Made by a program: the position numbers and the translations under genes. Below the pieces are notes generated by a model. The model made no database searches and had not been told where the DNA came from. It saw only the letters and a program-made list of their open reading frames with translations. A stretch of 46,366 bases of DNA. Source: Gaiellales bacterium. Its GTDB lineage: Bacteria; Actinomycetota; Thermoleophilia; Gaiellales; JAICJC01. This document shows positions 17,169 to 25,978 of the stretch, in pieces (within the stretch, counting starts at the first letter, position 1; each line of letters begins with the position of its first letter). Where the stretch lies: positions 1 through 46,366 of the forward strand of contig DASXZF010000272.1 of NCBI GenBank assembly GCA_036502065.1, written 5' to 3'.

Positions 17169-18131
17169 GTGCGAGTTGTCCTCAGCGTCGACATGGAAGG
17201 CGTGTCCCAGCTTCGCGGGCCGTACGAGACCTTCGCGTGCCGGCCCGAGTACTGGCAGACGGGCAAGCCGCGGATCGAGGCAGACACCGTCGCCGCGGCC
17301 GAAGGCCTGATCCAGGGCGGCGCCTCCGAGGTCATCATCCTGGACAACCACGGCGGCGGGAACCCGATGAACGTGTCGGCGCAGTGCCTGCCGACCGCGG
17401 CCCGGCTCGAGACCTGGAACGTCTTCGACCTGCCGTCGAAGGGCGTCGATGCGATGTTCCAGCTCGGCTACCACTCCCGCGGCGGCGGCGGCGGGTTCAT
17501 CGCGCACACGTATGTGCCCGGCCTGCGCCTGCGGGTGGGCGACGAACCGATCTCGGAGAGCCACGGCCGGGTCTGGGCGGCGCGGGTGCCGCTGATCGGC
17601 ATCGTGGGCAACGACACGCACGAGCAGCAGCTCGAGTCGCTGACCGGGACGCCCTATCTGGTCGTGCAGCACACCGTTTCGGCCGACGTCGCCGAGCCGG
17701 CCTTCGGCCGCGACGAGGGCCTGGAGGCGATCCGGTCGTTCGCACGCTCCGCCCTCGGCGACCTGGCCGCCGCGCCCCGGCCGGCCGTTCCTGCCGAGAC
17801 CGTCTTCGCAGCCAGCATGCCCAACGGCGCCGAGCAGTCGAAGGCGATGGAGGCGGCGGGCTGGCGACGTGCCGGCGACGTCGAGTACGCGGCCGACCTC
17901 GTGGCGTGGAGCGACGCCCGGCCGCTCCTCGCCGCCGCGATGACCGCCGCGCTTGCGCCGCTCGTGCCGTACTTCGACGGCGCGACCAGCGCCGCAGCCG
18001 CCGCTGCGCTCGATCCCGCTCGAGTCGCAACGTTCTCGGCGCTGATCGAACGGTGGTGCAAGACGCCGGCGCCGGAGTGGTACACGAGCGCCGGCGACGA
18101 GTTCGGGCTCGCCGCGGCACCCGGCGACTGA
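17169..18131 (+). CDS. M55 family D-aminopeptidase (DppA-like)
   Basis: The GTG start is preceded by GAGGGAG. MRVVLSVDMEGVS..., ILDNHGGG and GYHSRGG are family-typical. Confidence 0.7.
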   Translation: MRVVLSVDMEGVSQLRGPYETFACRPEYWQTGKPRIEADTVAAAEGLIQGGASEVIILDNHGGGNPMNVSAQCLPTAARLETWNVFDLPSKGVDAMFQLGYHSRGGGGGFIAHTYVPGLRLRVGDEPISESHGRVWAARVPLIGIVGNDTHEQQLESLTGTPYLVVQHTVSADVAEPAFGRDEGLEAIRSFARSALGDLAAAPRPAVPAETVFAASMPNGAEQSKAMEAAGWRRAGDVEYAADLVAWSDARPLLAAAMTAALAPLVPYFDGATSAAAAAALDPARVATFSALIERWCKTPAPEWYTSAGDEFGLAAAPGD

Positions 18132-18392
18132 CCGCTATCCGACGAGCGCGCGAAACGCCGGGTCGTCCCGGCGTCGCGTACCCGCCGGCGATCACGCCGT
18201 GGTAGTCGCCCGCCTCGCACGCGGGCGCGTCCGAACGCGGTGATCCCGAGGTGATGGCGCACGGGCCGCATGTGCGTGTCCTGACGGTACGCGATGTCCT
18301 GCAGCTCCTCGATCGCCGCAACTCGATAGCTCGCGGCAGCCCCGTCATGCGGCCGGACGTTACCCAGCTCGGCGAGCTTCTAGGCTAGGACG

Positions 18393-18938
18393 ATGCCGTT
18401 GTCCTATCCGTATCCCCCCCTGGCCGACGGTGTCGTCGCGCTGCGCCCGTGGACGCCCGCCGACATCCCCGACATCGTGCGCTGCTGCAACGACTCCGAG
18501 ATCCGCCGCTGGCTGCCCGCCATCCCCATCCCCTACACGCGCGACGACGCCGTCACCTTCCTCGACGATGCCGACGGCCTGCTCGAGCGCGACATGATGC
18601 GGCTCGCGATCGCCGACGCCTCAACGCTCGCGCCCCGCGGCTCGGTCGGCCTGCGCATCCTCTCGCCCGGCGTCGCCCAGACCGGCTACTGGGTCGATCC
18701 GCTCGCCCGCGGGCAGGGCATCGCCTCGCGGGCGCTCACGCTCGCCGCCGCCCACGCCCTGCGCACCTTCCCGATCCAGCGCCTGCAGCTGTTCACGGGC
18801 GTCGAGAACGTTGCCTCCCAGCGCGTCGCCGAGCGGGCGGGATTCACGCGTGAGGGCACCCTGCGCAACTGGTATCACCTGCGGGGCGAGCCGCAGGACG
18901 CGATCATGTACTCGCGCCTGCCGGGAGACGCCGCATGA
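18393..18938 (+). CDS. GNAT-family N-acetyltransferase (RimJ/RimL-like)
   Basis: LRPWTPADIPDIVRCCNDSEIRRWL, GYWVDPLARGQGIASRAL, ENVASQRVAERAGFTREGTLR. Confidence 0.8.
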   Translation: MPLSYPYPPLADGVVALRPWTPADIPDIVRCCNDSEIRRWLPAIPIPYTRDDAVTFLDDADGLLERDMMRLAIADASTLAPRGSVGLRILSPGVAQTGYWVDPLARGQGIASRALTLAAAHALRTFPIQRLQLFTGVENVASQRVAERAGFTREGTLRNWYHLRGEPQDAIMYSRLPGDAA

Positions 18939-18994
18939 CCGCCCGGCGGCGCCCCGGACTGGGTGCCGCCGAGGAACGCACGCATACTGGGCGT

Positions 18995-19915
18995 ATGCGC
19001 ATCGCTCGCATCGCCGTCTTCCTGATCGCGGCCGTCAGCCTGGCGTCGTGCGGGGGCGGATCGGCGCACCCGCCGCCGTTCAACGAGCACACGCTGCTCT
19101 CCGAGTCCGCCACCGCCACGAGCGCCGTTCACTCGGCAAAGGTGCGGCTGGCCATGACCGCGAGGATCCTGCACACGCGGCCACTGCCCGCGGGGATGTC
19201 GCCCGGGCCGTACTCGGTCGCCGTGACGGGCGCGTTCGAAGGCGGCACGACCCCGCTCTTCGACATGGCGATACGCGTGAGCGCGCCGGGCGAGACCTAC
19301 TCGATCACCGTGCTCTCAACCGGCCGCGTCCTGTACTACCGCCTGCCGGGCGGGGGCTGGTACAGCCTCTCGCTCACCGCCCTGGGCACGGGTGCGACGC
19401 CGCAGTCCACGCCGGACAAGGCGATCAGGCGGTTCCTCGAGGAGCGTGAGCGGCACTGGCTGATCGACGTCGGAGCCCGCCGTGCCCGCTCGAAGGACGT
19501 CCTGACGGGCGACGTCGACATGGGCGCGTTCACGCGGGATCTCGATACGGTGATCGGCCGGCTCCAGATCCCGCCGAGCGACGCCGGCCTCCTGGACTAC
19601 CTGGCGACGTCGGTCGACGATCCGTCCTGGCGGCTCACGTTCGACCACGCGACGCATCTCCTGAGCGGCGTGCATGCCATCGACGAGATCGACTTCAACT
19701 CGGTCGAGCGCCAGGAGCTGCATCAGCCGATGCCGTTCGGGCTCCCGTACCAGATCGACGGCATCTCGCTCGCGCTCAGCGCCCACATCGGCGACTGGGG
19801 CACACGCGTCCACATCACGCCGCCCGCGAATGCGACGCCGGTGACCCTGCCCGGCGGCGCCGCGTCCGTGGCCGACACGCACACGACCTGCGCCACGACC
19901 ATCCCCACAGGCTGA
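18995..19915 (+). CDS. putative lipoprotein
   Basis: The ATG at 18995 gives MRIARIAVFLIAAVSLASCGG, a signal peptide plus lipobox LASC. The mature part has no family I recognise. Confidence 0.6.
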   Translation: MRIARIAVFLIAAVSLASCGGGSAHPPPFNEHTLLSESATATSAVHSAKVRLAMTARILHTRPLPAGMSPGPYSVAVTGAFEGGTTPLFDMAIRVSAPGETYSITVLSTGRVLYYRLPGGGWYSLSLTALGTGATPQSTPDKAIRRFLEERERHWLIDVGARRARSKDVLTGDVDMGAFTRDLDTVIGRLQIPPSDAGLLDYLATSVDDPSWRLTFDHATHLLSGVHAIDEIDFNSVERQELHQPMPFGLPYQIDGISLALSAHIGDWGTRVHITPPANATPVTLPGGAASVADTHTTCATTIPTG

Positions 19916-19966
19916 CCCCGGCCTGCGGCGCGCGGCTCAGAGTCTGCCCGTGCCGACATCGCCCCG

Positions 19967-20203
19967 TCAGAACCCCGTCGCGGCCTCGGACGGTCGCAGG
20001 GATCGCGGATCGCGAGCATGGGCCGACGAGGCGGTGCGCCGCAGCGACGCCGGATCCCACGCCTTCATACCGAACCCGGCCAGGTTGAGGAACGTGTTCA
20101 TCATCTGCGGGCTGTACGACTGCCGCACGAGCCCGTTGTCCGTGTCGAACAGGCGGCTGCGGATGGGGAGAGGCTCGCCCAGATAGGCCAGGATCCGGCA
20201 CAT
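19967..20203 (-). pseudogene. truncated class II (Ntn) glutamine amidotransferase fragment
   Basis: MCRILAYLGEPLPIRSRLFDTDNGLVRQSYSPQMMNTFLNLAGFGMKAWDP is a typical N-terminus of a roughly 270-aa class II amidotransferase-like protein. The ORF stops after 78 aa, and only 51 nt remain before the convergent lipoprotein gene's stop codon. Confidence 0.55.
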
Positions 20204-20242
20204 GCGCTGATCGTCGTGGTCCGCCCGAGGCCGGCTCTGGCC

Positions 20243-21001
20243 TCAGCGAACGTAGCTCGCCGAGTTCACGTCGATCGTCGCGCCGGTCGCGTGCCGCGCC
20301 TTGCCCGAGGCCAGGAAGGCGATCACGTTTGCGACATCCTGCGGCTGTGCGACCTCGCCGAGCGCCGTGTCGTTCACGAAGAGCTCCATGCCATGCTCGG
20401 CGACGGCCGGCGCGTTGAACGGCGTGTCGACGAAGCCCGGCGCCACGGCGAAGGCGGTCACGCCCTGGCGGCCGTACTGGCGGGCGATGGTCTTCGTCAT
20501 CGCCACGACCCCGGCCTTCGCGGCCGCGTAGTGCCAGTACTCGGCATCCTCGCCGCGCCAGGCGGCACGGCTCGCGAGGTTCACGATGATGCCGCCGCCG
20601 GGCTGGTCGCGGAAGGTCGCGATCGCCGCGCGGCAGAGCGTCGCCGGCGCGACGAGGCAGATTGCGAGCGTGCGCTCCCACGCCGCCTGCCAGGTCGCGA
20701 GGTCGCCCTCGGGATCGGCCGACTCATAGATGCCCGCGTTGTTTATGAGGGCGTCGACGTGGCCGCGCCAGGCGACGGCCTCGTGCCAGAGCGCGTCGGC
20801 CGCCGCGGCGTCGCGCAGGTCGGCGGCAAGCGGGTGGGCCGAGTCGCCGAGCTCGGCGGCGAGCTCGGCCAGCCGGCCCTCGCGGCGCACGTCGTGGACG
20901 ACGACCGCGGCGCCCTCGGCGGCCAGGGTGCGGGCGGTTGCGGCGCCGATCCCGCCGGCCGCGCCGGTGACGAGGACGACGCGCTGGCGATTCGTGCTCA
21001 T
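20243..21001 (-). CDS. short-chain dehydrogenase/reductase (SDR)
   Basis: TGAAGGIG, NNAG, Ser (NLASRAA) and YAAAK. The ATG at 21001 overlaps the stop of the upstream gene (ATGA at 20998-21001). Confidence 0.85.
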   Translation of the reverse strand: MSTNRQRVVLVTGAAGGIGAATARTLAAEGAAVVVHDVRREGRLAELAAELGDSAHPLAADLRDAAAADALWHEAVAWRGHVDALINNAGIYESADPEGDLATWQAAWERTLAICLVAPATLCRAAIATFRDQPGGGIIVNLASRAAWRGEDAEYWHYAAAKAGVVAMTKTIARQYGRQGVTAFAVAPGFVDTPFNAPAVAEHGMELFVNDTALGEVAQPQDVANVIAFLASGKARHATGATIDVNSASYVR

Positions 21002-21816
21002 GCGCTGCTCTCCGAATAGTCGTAGGCGGGGACGGGCACGCCGTCGAGCGCGTCGATGCGCAGCTCGAGCGTGTCGAGCGCGACCGTCAGGATCGTCATG
21101 TTGTCGAGCGTGTGCCAGCCGCGCGACTCGGGCTGGTCGAAGCCGGTCGACGCGACGACGACGAGGTCGTCCTCGACACGGAAGCGCAGCGCGAAGAGGT
21201 CGTGCGGATCGCCCGGATACGGCAGCGAGGTGGGGTTGTGCGCGTTGATGACGTGCAGGTGCTGCGGCGTCAGGTACATCGAGTTCAGCACGGGCGAGGT
21301 GAACCGCTCGAGCAGGTCGGCGAGCGCGTCGCGGACGACCGCGACGAACGGCCCGCCGTCGGCGAGCAGCTCGTGGAGGTGCAGGAACAGGCGCTCGCTG
21401 TCGGTCGAGCCGGCCACCTGCGCCTCGAGGTGCGCCGGCAGGAGCTCGGGCAGGAGGTGCTGGGGGTGGATCGCGCCGTTCTGGGCGAAGGCTGCTCCCG
21501 GGCGCACGAACGGGTGGCAGTTCTCGAGCTCGATCTCGAGGCCTGGCGTGGCACCGCGCAGGTGCACGACGTTCGCGCAGCCGGCGACGCCGCGCATCGT
21601 CGCCGTGAAGTCCGGATCGTCGCGCGCGCTCCCCACCGCGCGCCGGCGCTCGGGGACGACGTCGTCGTCGGCGGCAGCGAGCGACTCCCACCACGCCATG
21701 CCCCAGCCGTCGGGGTGGCGGGGCGAGAGGTCGCCGAACGCAGCGAGGTCGGCATCGCCGATGGCCTCGGCGATCGTGACCGGCCGGCGCGATACGTGGG
21801 CGAGCAGCCGGCACAT
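20998..21816 (-). CDS. class II (Ntn, YafJ/EgtC-like) glutamine amidotransferase-like protein
   Basis: MCRLLAHVS... has a Cys2 nucleophile, with HPDGWGMAWW, VHLRGAT...ENCHPF and NGAI; 272 aa. The ATG shares one base with the upstream TGA (TGATG at 21814-21818). Confidence 0.8.
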   Translation of the reverse strand: MCRLLAHVSRRPVTIAEAIGDADLAAFGDLSPRHPDGWGMAWWESLAAADDDVVPERRRAVGSARDDPDFTATMRGVAGCANVVHLRGATPGLEIELENCHPFVRPGAAFAQNGAIHPQHLLPELLPAHLEAQVAGSTDSERLFLHLHELLADGGPFVAVVRDALADLLERFTSPVLNSMYLTPQHLHVINAHNPTSLPYPGDPHDLFALRFRVEDDLVVVASTGFDQPESRGWHTLDNMTILTVALDTLELRIDALDGVPVPAYDYSESSA

Positions 21817-23321
21817 CAGTAGAACTCGAAGTACTCGCGCATCTCCCAGGCGCTGCGCGCGCCGACGTCCGACCCGTCGCCCGCCGCCGCGTCGTAGCGC
21901 GCCAGCTCGGCGCGCTTCATCATCACGAGGTGGTCGACGAGCGGATCGCCGAACGCCGACCGGTAGAAGGCGCTTCCATCGAGATCGGCGACGGCCTCGG
22001 CGAGCGACTGCGGCAGGGGCGGCGCCTCGGCGGTGTAGGGGTCGCCCTCGACGGGCGCGGGCGGCTCGGCGCCGTGGTCGATGCCGTCGAGGCCCGCGGC
22101 GATGTTCGCGGCCACCCAGAGGTACGGGTTCGCGGCCGGCTCCGAGAGCCGGTTCTCGACATGCGTGCCGGCGTCGCCCGGGCCGCCCTGCACGCGGATG
22201 AGCGCGCCGCGGTTGTCCGCGCCCCAGCAGATGCGGTCGGGCGCGAACGAGTAGGGCCGGAAGCGCGCGTAGGCATTCGTCGTCGGGTCGGCGAAGACGG
22301 TCATCTCGCGGGCGTGGTCGAGCAGGCCGGCGACGAACCGGCGGCCCGTCGGCGACAGCAGCTCGCGATCGTCGGTGAAGACGTTGCGGCCGCTCTGGAT
22401 CTCGAGCAGCGACTGGTGCAGGTGCCAGCCGCTCGGGAAGAAGTTCTCGAGCGCCGGCCAGCACATGAAGGTCGCGTGCAGGCCCAGGCGCGCGCAGACC
22501 GCCTTGACCGTGCTGCGGAACAGGATCATGGCGTCGGCCGCGGCCAGGCCCTCCATCGGGCTGAACGTGATCTCGATCTGGCCCGGCCCCCACTCGTTCT
22601 CGATCGAGCGCGGCGGCAGGCCGACGTCGGCGAGACCGTCGCGGATCGCCTCGAGCGTGCCGGCGATGCCGTCCATGCGGCTGTCCGAGAGGAACTGGTA
22701 GCCCCGCTCGATCGGCTCGACCTCGAGTGGCGGCCCGGGCGCGCCGGGCTGCGCCGTCTCGTCGAACGCGACCGACGTATGCGCCAGCCTGGTCACGTAC
22801 AGCTCGACCTCGATGCCGGCATAGAGCTCGAGGCCGCGCTCGGCGAGGCGCGCGAGCTGACGCCGCAGGAGCCCGCGGCCGTCGAGCGGGATCGGCTTGC
22901 CGTTGCCGAAGTAGGCGTCGGACAGGATCCAGCCCGTGCGGTCTGCGTACGGCAGCACGCGGAAGGTCGTCGGGTCGGGCACGAGCGTGACGTCCGGGAA
23001 GCCCGTCATCTCGTCGATGCCGAAGCCGCCACCGGGGGCGAATGCCGGCGGGAACACGCCGTTTCCGGTGTCCATGCTGTAGATCGCGCCCGAGAAGTCC
23101 GAGCCGTTCTCGAGCGCCGACACGAGCGCATCGCCGGAGAGGTACTTCGCGCGCGGGGTGCCGTGCTGGTCGACGACGATCAGCCGGACCGTCCGCAGCC
23201 CCGCGTCCCGGATCCGCTTCGCGACCTCGCCCGCGGCCTGCTGCTGGGCGTCGGTGTGCAGGCCGTGGGCCGCGACGAACCCCGACGACCCCACTCCCAG
23301 ACCGGCACGTCCCTCTGCCAC
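21816..23321 (-). CDS. glutamine synthetase-family ligase (GlnA-like / gamma-glutamyl-amine synthetase type)
   Basis: It has a beta-grasp N-domain (VRLIVVDQHGTPRAKYL) and a catalytic domain with ENEWGPGQIEITF, SGWHLHQSL and ENRLSEPAANPY. The start is uncertain: GTG at 23321 was chosen, and the ORF extends to 23408. Confidence 0.85.
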   Translation of the reverse strand: MAEGRAGLGVGSSGFVAAHGLHTDAQQQAAGEVAKRIRDAGLRTVRLIVVDQHGTPRAKYLSGDALVSALENGSDFSGAIYSMDTGNGVFPPAFAPGGGFGIDEMTGFPDVTLVPDPTTFRVLPYADRTGWILSDAYFGNGKPIPLDGRGLLRRQLARLAERGLELYAGIEVELYVTRLAHTSVAFDETAQPGAPGPPLEVEPIERGYQFLSDSRMDGIAGTLEAIRDGLADVGLPPRSIENEWGPGQIEITFSPMEGLAAADAMILFRSTVKAVCARLGLHATFMCWPALENFFPSGWHLHQSLLEIQSGRNVFTDDRELLSPTGRRFVAGLLDHAREMTVFADPTTNAYARFRPYSFAPDRICWGADNRGALIRVQGGPGDAGTHVENRLSEPAANPYLWVAANIAAGLDGIDHGAEPPAPVEGDPYTAEAPPLPQSLAEAVADLDGSAFYRSAFGDPLVDHLVMMKRAELARYDAAAGDGSDVGARSAWEMREYFEFY

Positions 23322-23491
23322 GCTAGACCTGCCCGCCGCGGGTGGGCGTGTTCTCGAACCTGGCGACGCGTGCGGACATGTGCGCTCCTGGAGGTGGTGC
23401 CGGCACACGGCCGACCGTCGTGCGAGGCGCGATCGTACAAGACGGCGGCGACGGCGTGGCTCCCGATCGAGCGCTCGGCGGCGTTGATATC

Positions 23492-25366
23492 ATGGCCTCG
23501 CCAGCGGGAAGCCGATCAGCGAGGGGGGCCGTTGTGGTGAGGCGCTGGGTGATGGTTGCTCTTGGGGGAGTTGCGTGCGCGGCGCTCGCCTCGGCGTGGC
23601 TCGGCCAGGCCGCCTCGGCGGGCGCGTCGCAGGGCTCCCGGCGAGACTGCTCGCCGGGCGCGCACACGCTCGCACCGCCGGGCTCGCACGTGTATCCCGA
23701 GACCGGAAACGGCGGCTACACGAGCGTGCACACGCTGGTGCACCTGGTCTACGACGCGACGAGCAACACCTTCCTGCGCGGCAACCGCGTCGCCCTGACC
23801 GACCGCACGACGAAGTGCCTTTCGAGCTTCAGCCTCGACTTCGAGCGCCACTCGCCGAACACGACCGCGGGGCCGGACATGCAGGTCGGCTCGGTCACCG
23901 TGGACGGGCGCCCCGCCCGATGGAGCTTCGTCCAGCCGACCTACGCGGGCGACCCCAACGGGCAGAGCGATCCGGACCCGCTCGCGCACGAGGCGTCCGA
24001 GAACGACCCGGTCGGCGGCCCGAGCCAGAACCCGCTTCCCCCGGCGTGCTCGCCCGAGCTGCTGTCGCCGAGCGCCGGCGAGAACTCACTGAACGGCACG
24101 CAGTGCCCGGCCAACAAGCTTGTGATCACGCCGCGCAAGCCGATCCGCGAGGGCTCCACGTTCACCGTCACGGTGCGCTACACGGGCAGGCCCGGCGTGC
24201 ACAACGACGGCGACGGCACGACCGAGGGCTGGTTCCGTGCCCGCGACGGCGGCTTCGTGACCACCGAGCCCGTCGGCAGCGAGGACTGGATGCCGCTGAA
24301 CGACTACCCGGCCGCGAAGCCGACCTACGACTTCGCCGACACGGTCACCGCGGGCCGCACGGTGGTCGCAAACGGCGTGCTCGTCTCGGTGCGCCACCAC
24401 GGCCCGAGCCACGAGTTCCCGGCCGGATCGGTCACCTGGCGGTGGCATTCGCGCGCGCCCATCGCGAGCTATCTGGTCGAGGACAGCGTCGGCAACTACC
24501 GGCTCACGTGGCATACGAGCAACGGCATCACGATCTATCGCGCGCAGGACACCGCGATCAGCCCCGCGCGGCGCAACGCGAACCTCGCGGTCATGCGCAT
24601 GCAGCGCAACATCATCAAGTTCGAGAGCCGCTTCACCGGCCCCTACCCGTTCACGTCGGACGGCATCATCATCGGCACGCCCCCGACGAGCTTCGACGAG
24701 GAGATGGAGACGATGATCGCCTTCTCGGGCGGCGAGATCGACACCGACACCCTCTACCACGAGAACATGCACCAGTGGTGGGGAGACAACGTCTCCGAGG
24801 GCGGCTACCGCATGACCTTCTTCAAGGAGGGCATGGCGACCATGGCCGAGTTCCTCTATCAGGCGCGGCTGGCCGAGCAGGCCGCCGGCGGCCCGTCGAC
24901 GCCCGCGGGCCGGGCGGCCTTCCAGGCCAGCCTGGTGCAGACGTTCAACTCGATCTACCGGCTCGGAGGCACGTTCTGGACGGCCGCGCCGTCGAACCCG
25001 ACGCCGTACGGGCTCTTCTCCGGCTCGGCCACCTACGGCCGGCCCGGCGCGGCCTACATCGCCCTGCGCCAGATCCTCGGCCCCCGGAACTTCACCCGGG
25101 CGCTGCGCCAGGTCCAGCGCGTCTACGGCGGGTCGAGCATCAGCGAGCCGGAGCTCGAAGCCGTCTTCCACCGGTGGCTGCCCGTGCCGACCAGCGCCTC
25201 GCAGGCGCGTCTGAGCCGGTTCTTCACGCAGTGGTTCGACACCGCCTACCCGGCGGGCGGCGGAGCGAACCGGCCCACCATCACCGGCCCGGGCCTCGAC
25301 GGCGCTGCGTCCGCGGCAGATCGCTCGGCGATCGTCCCGTCTTCGGCGCTGCGCTCGCGGGGGTAG
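23492..25366 (+). CDS. secreted M1-family zinc metallopeptidase (aminopeptidase N-like)
   Basis: The signal-like N-terminus is VVRRWVMVALGGVACAALASAWLGQAASA. The zinc site is HENMHQWWGDNV plus a downstream Glu in FKEGMATMAEF. The ATG at 23492 was chosen. Confidence 0.8.
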   Translation: MASPAGSRSARGAVVVRRWVMVALGGVACAALASAWLGQAASAGASQGSRRDCSPGAHTLAPPGSHVYPETGNGGYTSVHTLVHLVYDATSNTFLRGNRVALTDRTTKCLSSFSLDFERHSPNTTAGPDMQVGSVTVDGRPARWSFVQPTYAGDPNGQSDPDPLAHEASENDPVGGPSQNPLPPACSPELLSPSAGENSLNGTQCPANKLVITPRKPIREGSTFTVTVRYTGRPGVHNDGDGTTEGWFRARDGGFVTTEPVGSEDWMPLNDYPAAKPTYDFADTVTAGRTVVANGVLVSVRHHGPSHEFPAGSVTWRWHSRAPIASYLVEDSVGNYRLTWHTSNGITIYRAQDTAISPARRNANLAVMRMQRNIIKFESRFTGPYPFTSDGIIIGTPPTSFDEEMETMIAFSGGEIDTDTLYHENMHQWWGDNVSEGGYRMTFFKEGMATMAEFLYQARLAEQAAGGPSTPAGRAAFQASLVQTFNSIYRLGGTFWTAAPSNPTPYGLFSGSATYGRPGAAYIALRQILGPRNFTRALRQVQRVYGGSSISEPELEAVFHRWLPVPTSASQARLSRFFTQWFDTAYPAGGGANRPTITGPGLDGAASAADRSAIVPSSALRSRG

Positions 25367-25445
25367 CCCGGCACCGGCGGCGATGAGTTGCGGGGCGCTC
25401 GGAGGTCCACACCGTGGACACTCCCCGATCGACGAAAGGTGCTCC

Positions 25446-25961
25446 ATGACGACGCCAGTGACGTCCCTCGACACACGGTTCAGCGCGCCGGACGCGGTTG
25501 CCACGAGCTGGGATGAGACCCGAAGCGTGCTCGAGACGGCCGAGCTCTTCTGGATCTCGACCGTCCGGGCCGACGGCCGGCCTCACGTCACACCCCTGGT
25601 CGCGGTGTGGGTCGACGGTGCTCTTCACTTCACGACGGGACCCGGCGAGCAGAAGGCGCTCAACATGACGGGAAACCGGCACGTCATCCTGACGACCGGC
25701 TGCAACGGGTGGGACGAGGGGCTCGACGTCGTGGTCGAGGGCGACGCCGCGCGGGTCACCGATGACGACACGCTGAACCGCCTGGCCGCTGCCTGGTCGG
25801 CGAAGTGGGACGGCCGCTGGAAGTGGCGGGTGCGCGATGGGTGCTACTACCAGGACGACGATGACGTCTCGACGCAGCCGACGCACGTCTTCTCGGTCGC
25901 GCCGGCGAAGGTGCTCGCGTTCGCGAAGGGCACCTTCGGCCACACGCGCCACACCTTCTGA
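25446..25961 (+). CDS. pyridoxamine 5'-phosphate oxidase-family (FMN/F420 split-barrel) protein
   Basis: The ATG is preceded by GAAAGGTG. AELFWISTVRADGRPHVTPLVAVWVDGALHFTTG is family-typical. Confidence 0.75.
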   Translation: MTTPVTSLDTRFSAPDAVATSWDETRSVLETAELFWISTVRADGRPHVTPLVAVWVDGALHFTTGPGEQKALNMTGNRHVILTTGCNGWDEGLDVVVEGDAARVTDDDTLNRLAAAWSAKWDGRWKWRVRDGCYYQDDDDVSTQPTHVFSVAPAKVLAFAKGTFGHTRHTF

Positions 25962-25978
25962 CCCGCACGCCGCGGGTC
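25960..25978. terminator. short GC hairpin between convergent genes
   Basis: GACCCGC-acgcc-GCGGGTC spans both stop codons. It has a 7-bp stem and no U-tract, as is usual in high-GC genomes. Confidence 0.3.

Noticed and set aside
21930-23540. 536-aa plus-strand ORF, and similar long ORFs at 20018-21019, 21056-22201 and 41664-43292
   Set aside because: All are antisense to genes with strong family signatures (GS-like, SDR, class II amidotransferase, MocR). Their composition is typical of GC-rich shadow frames.
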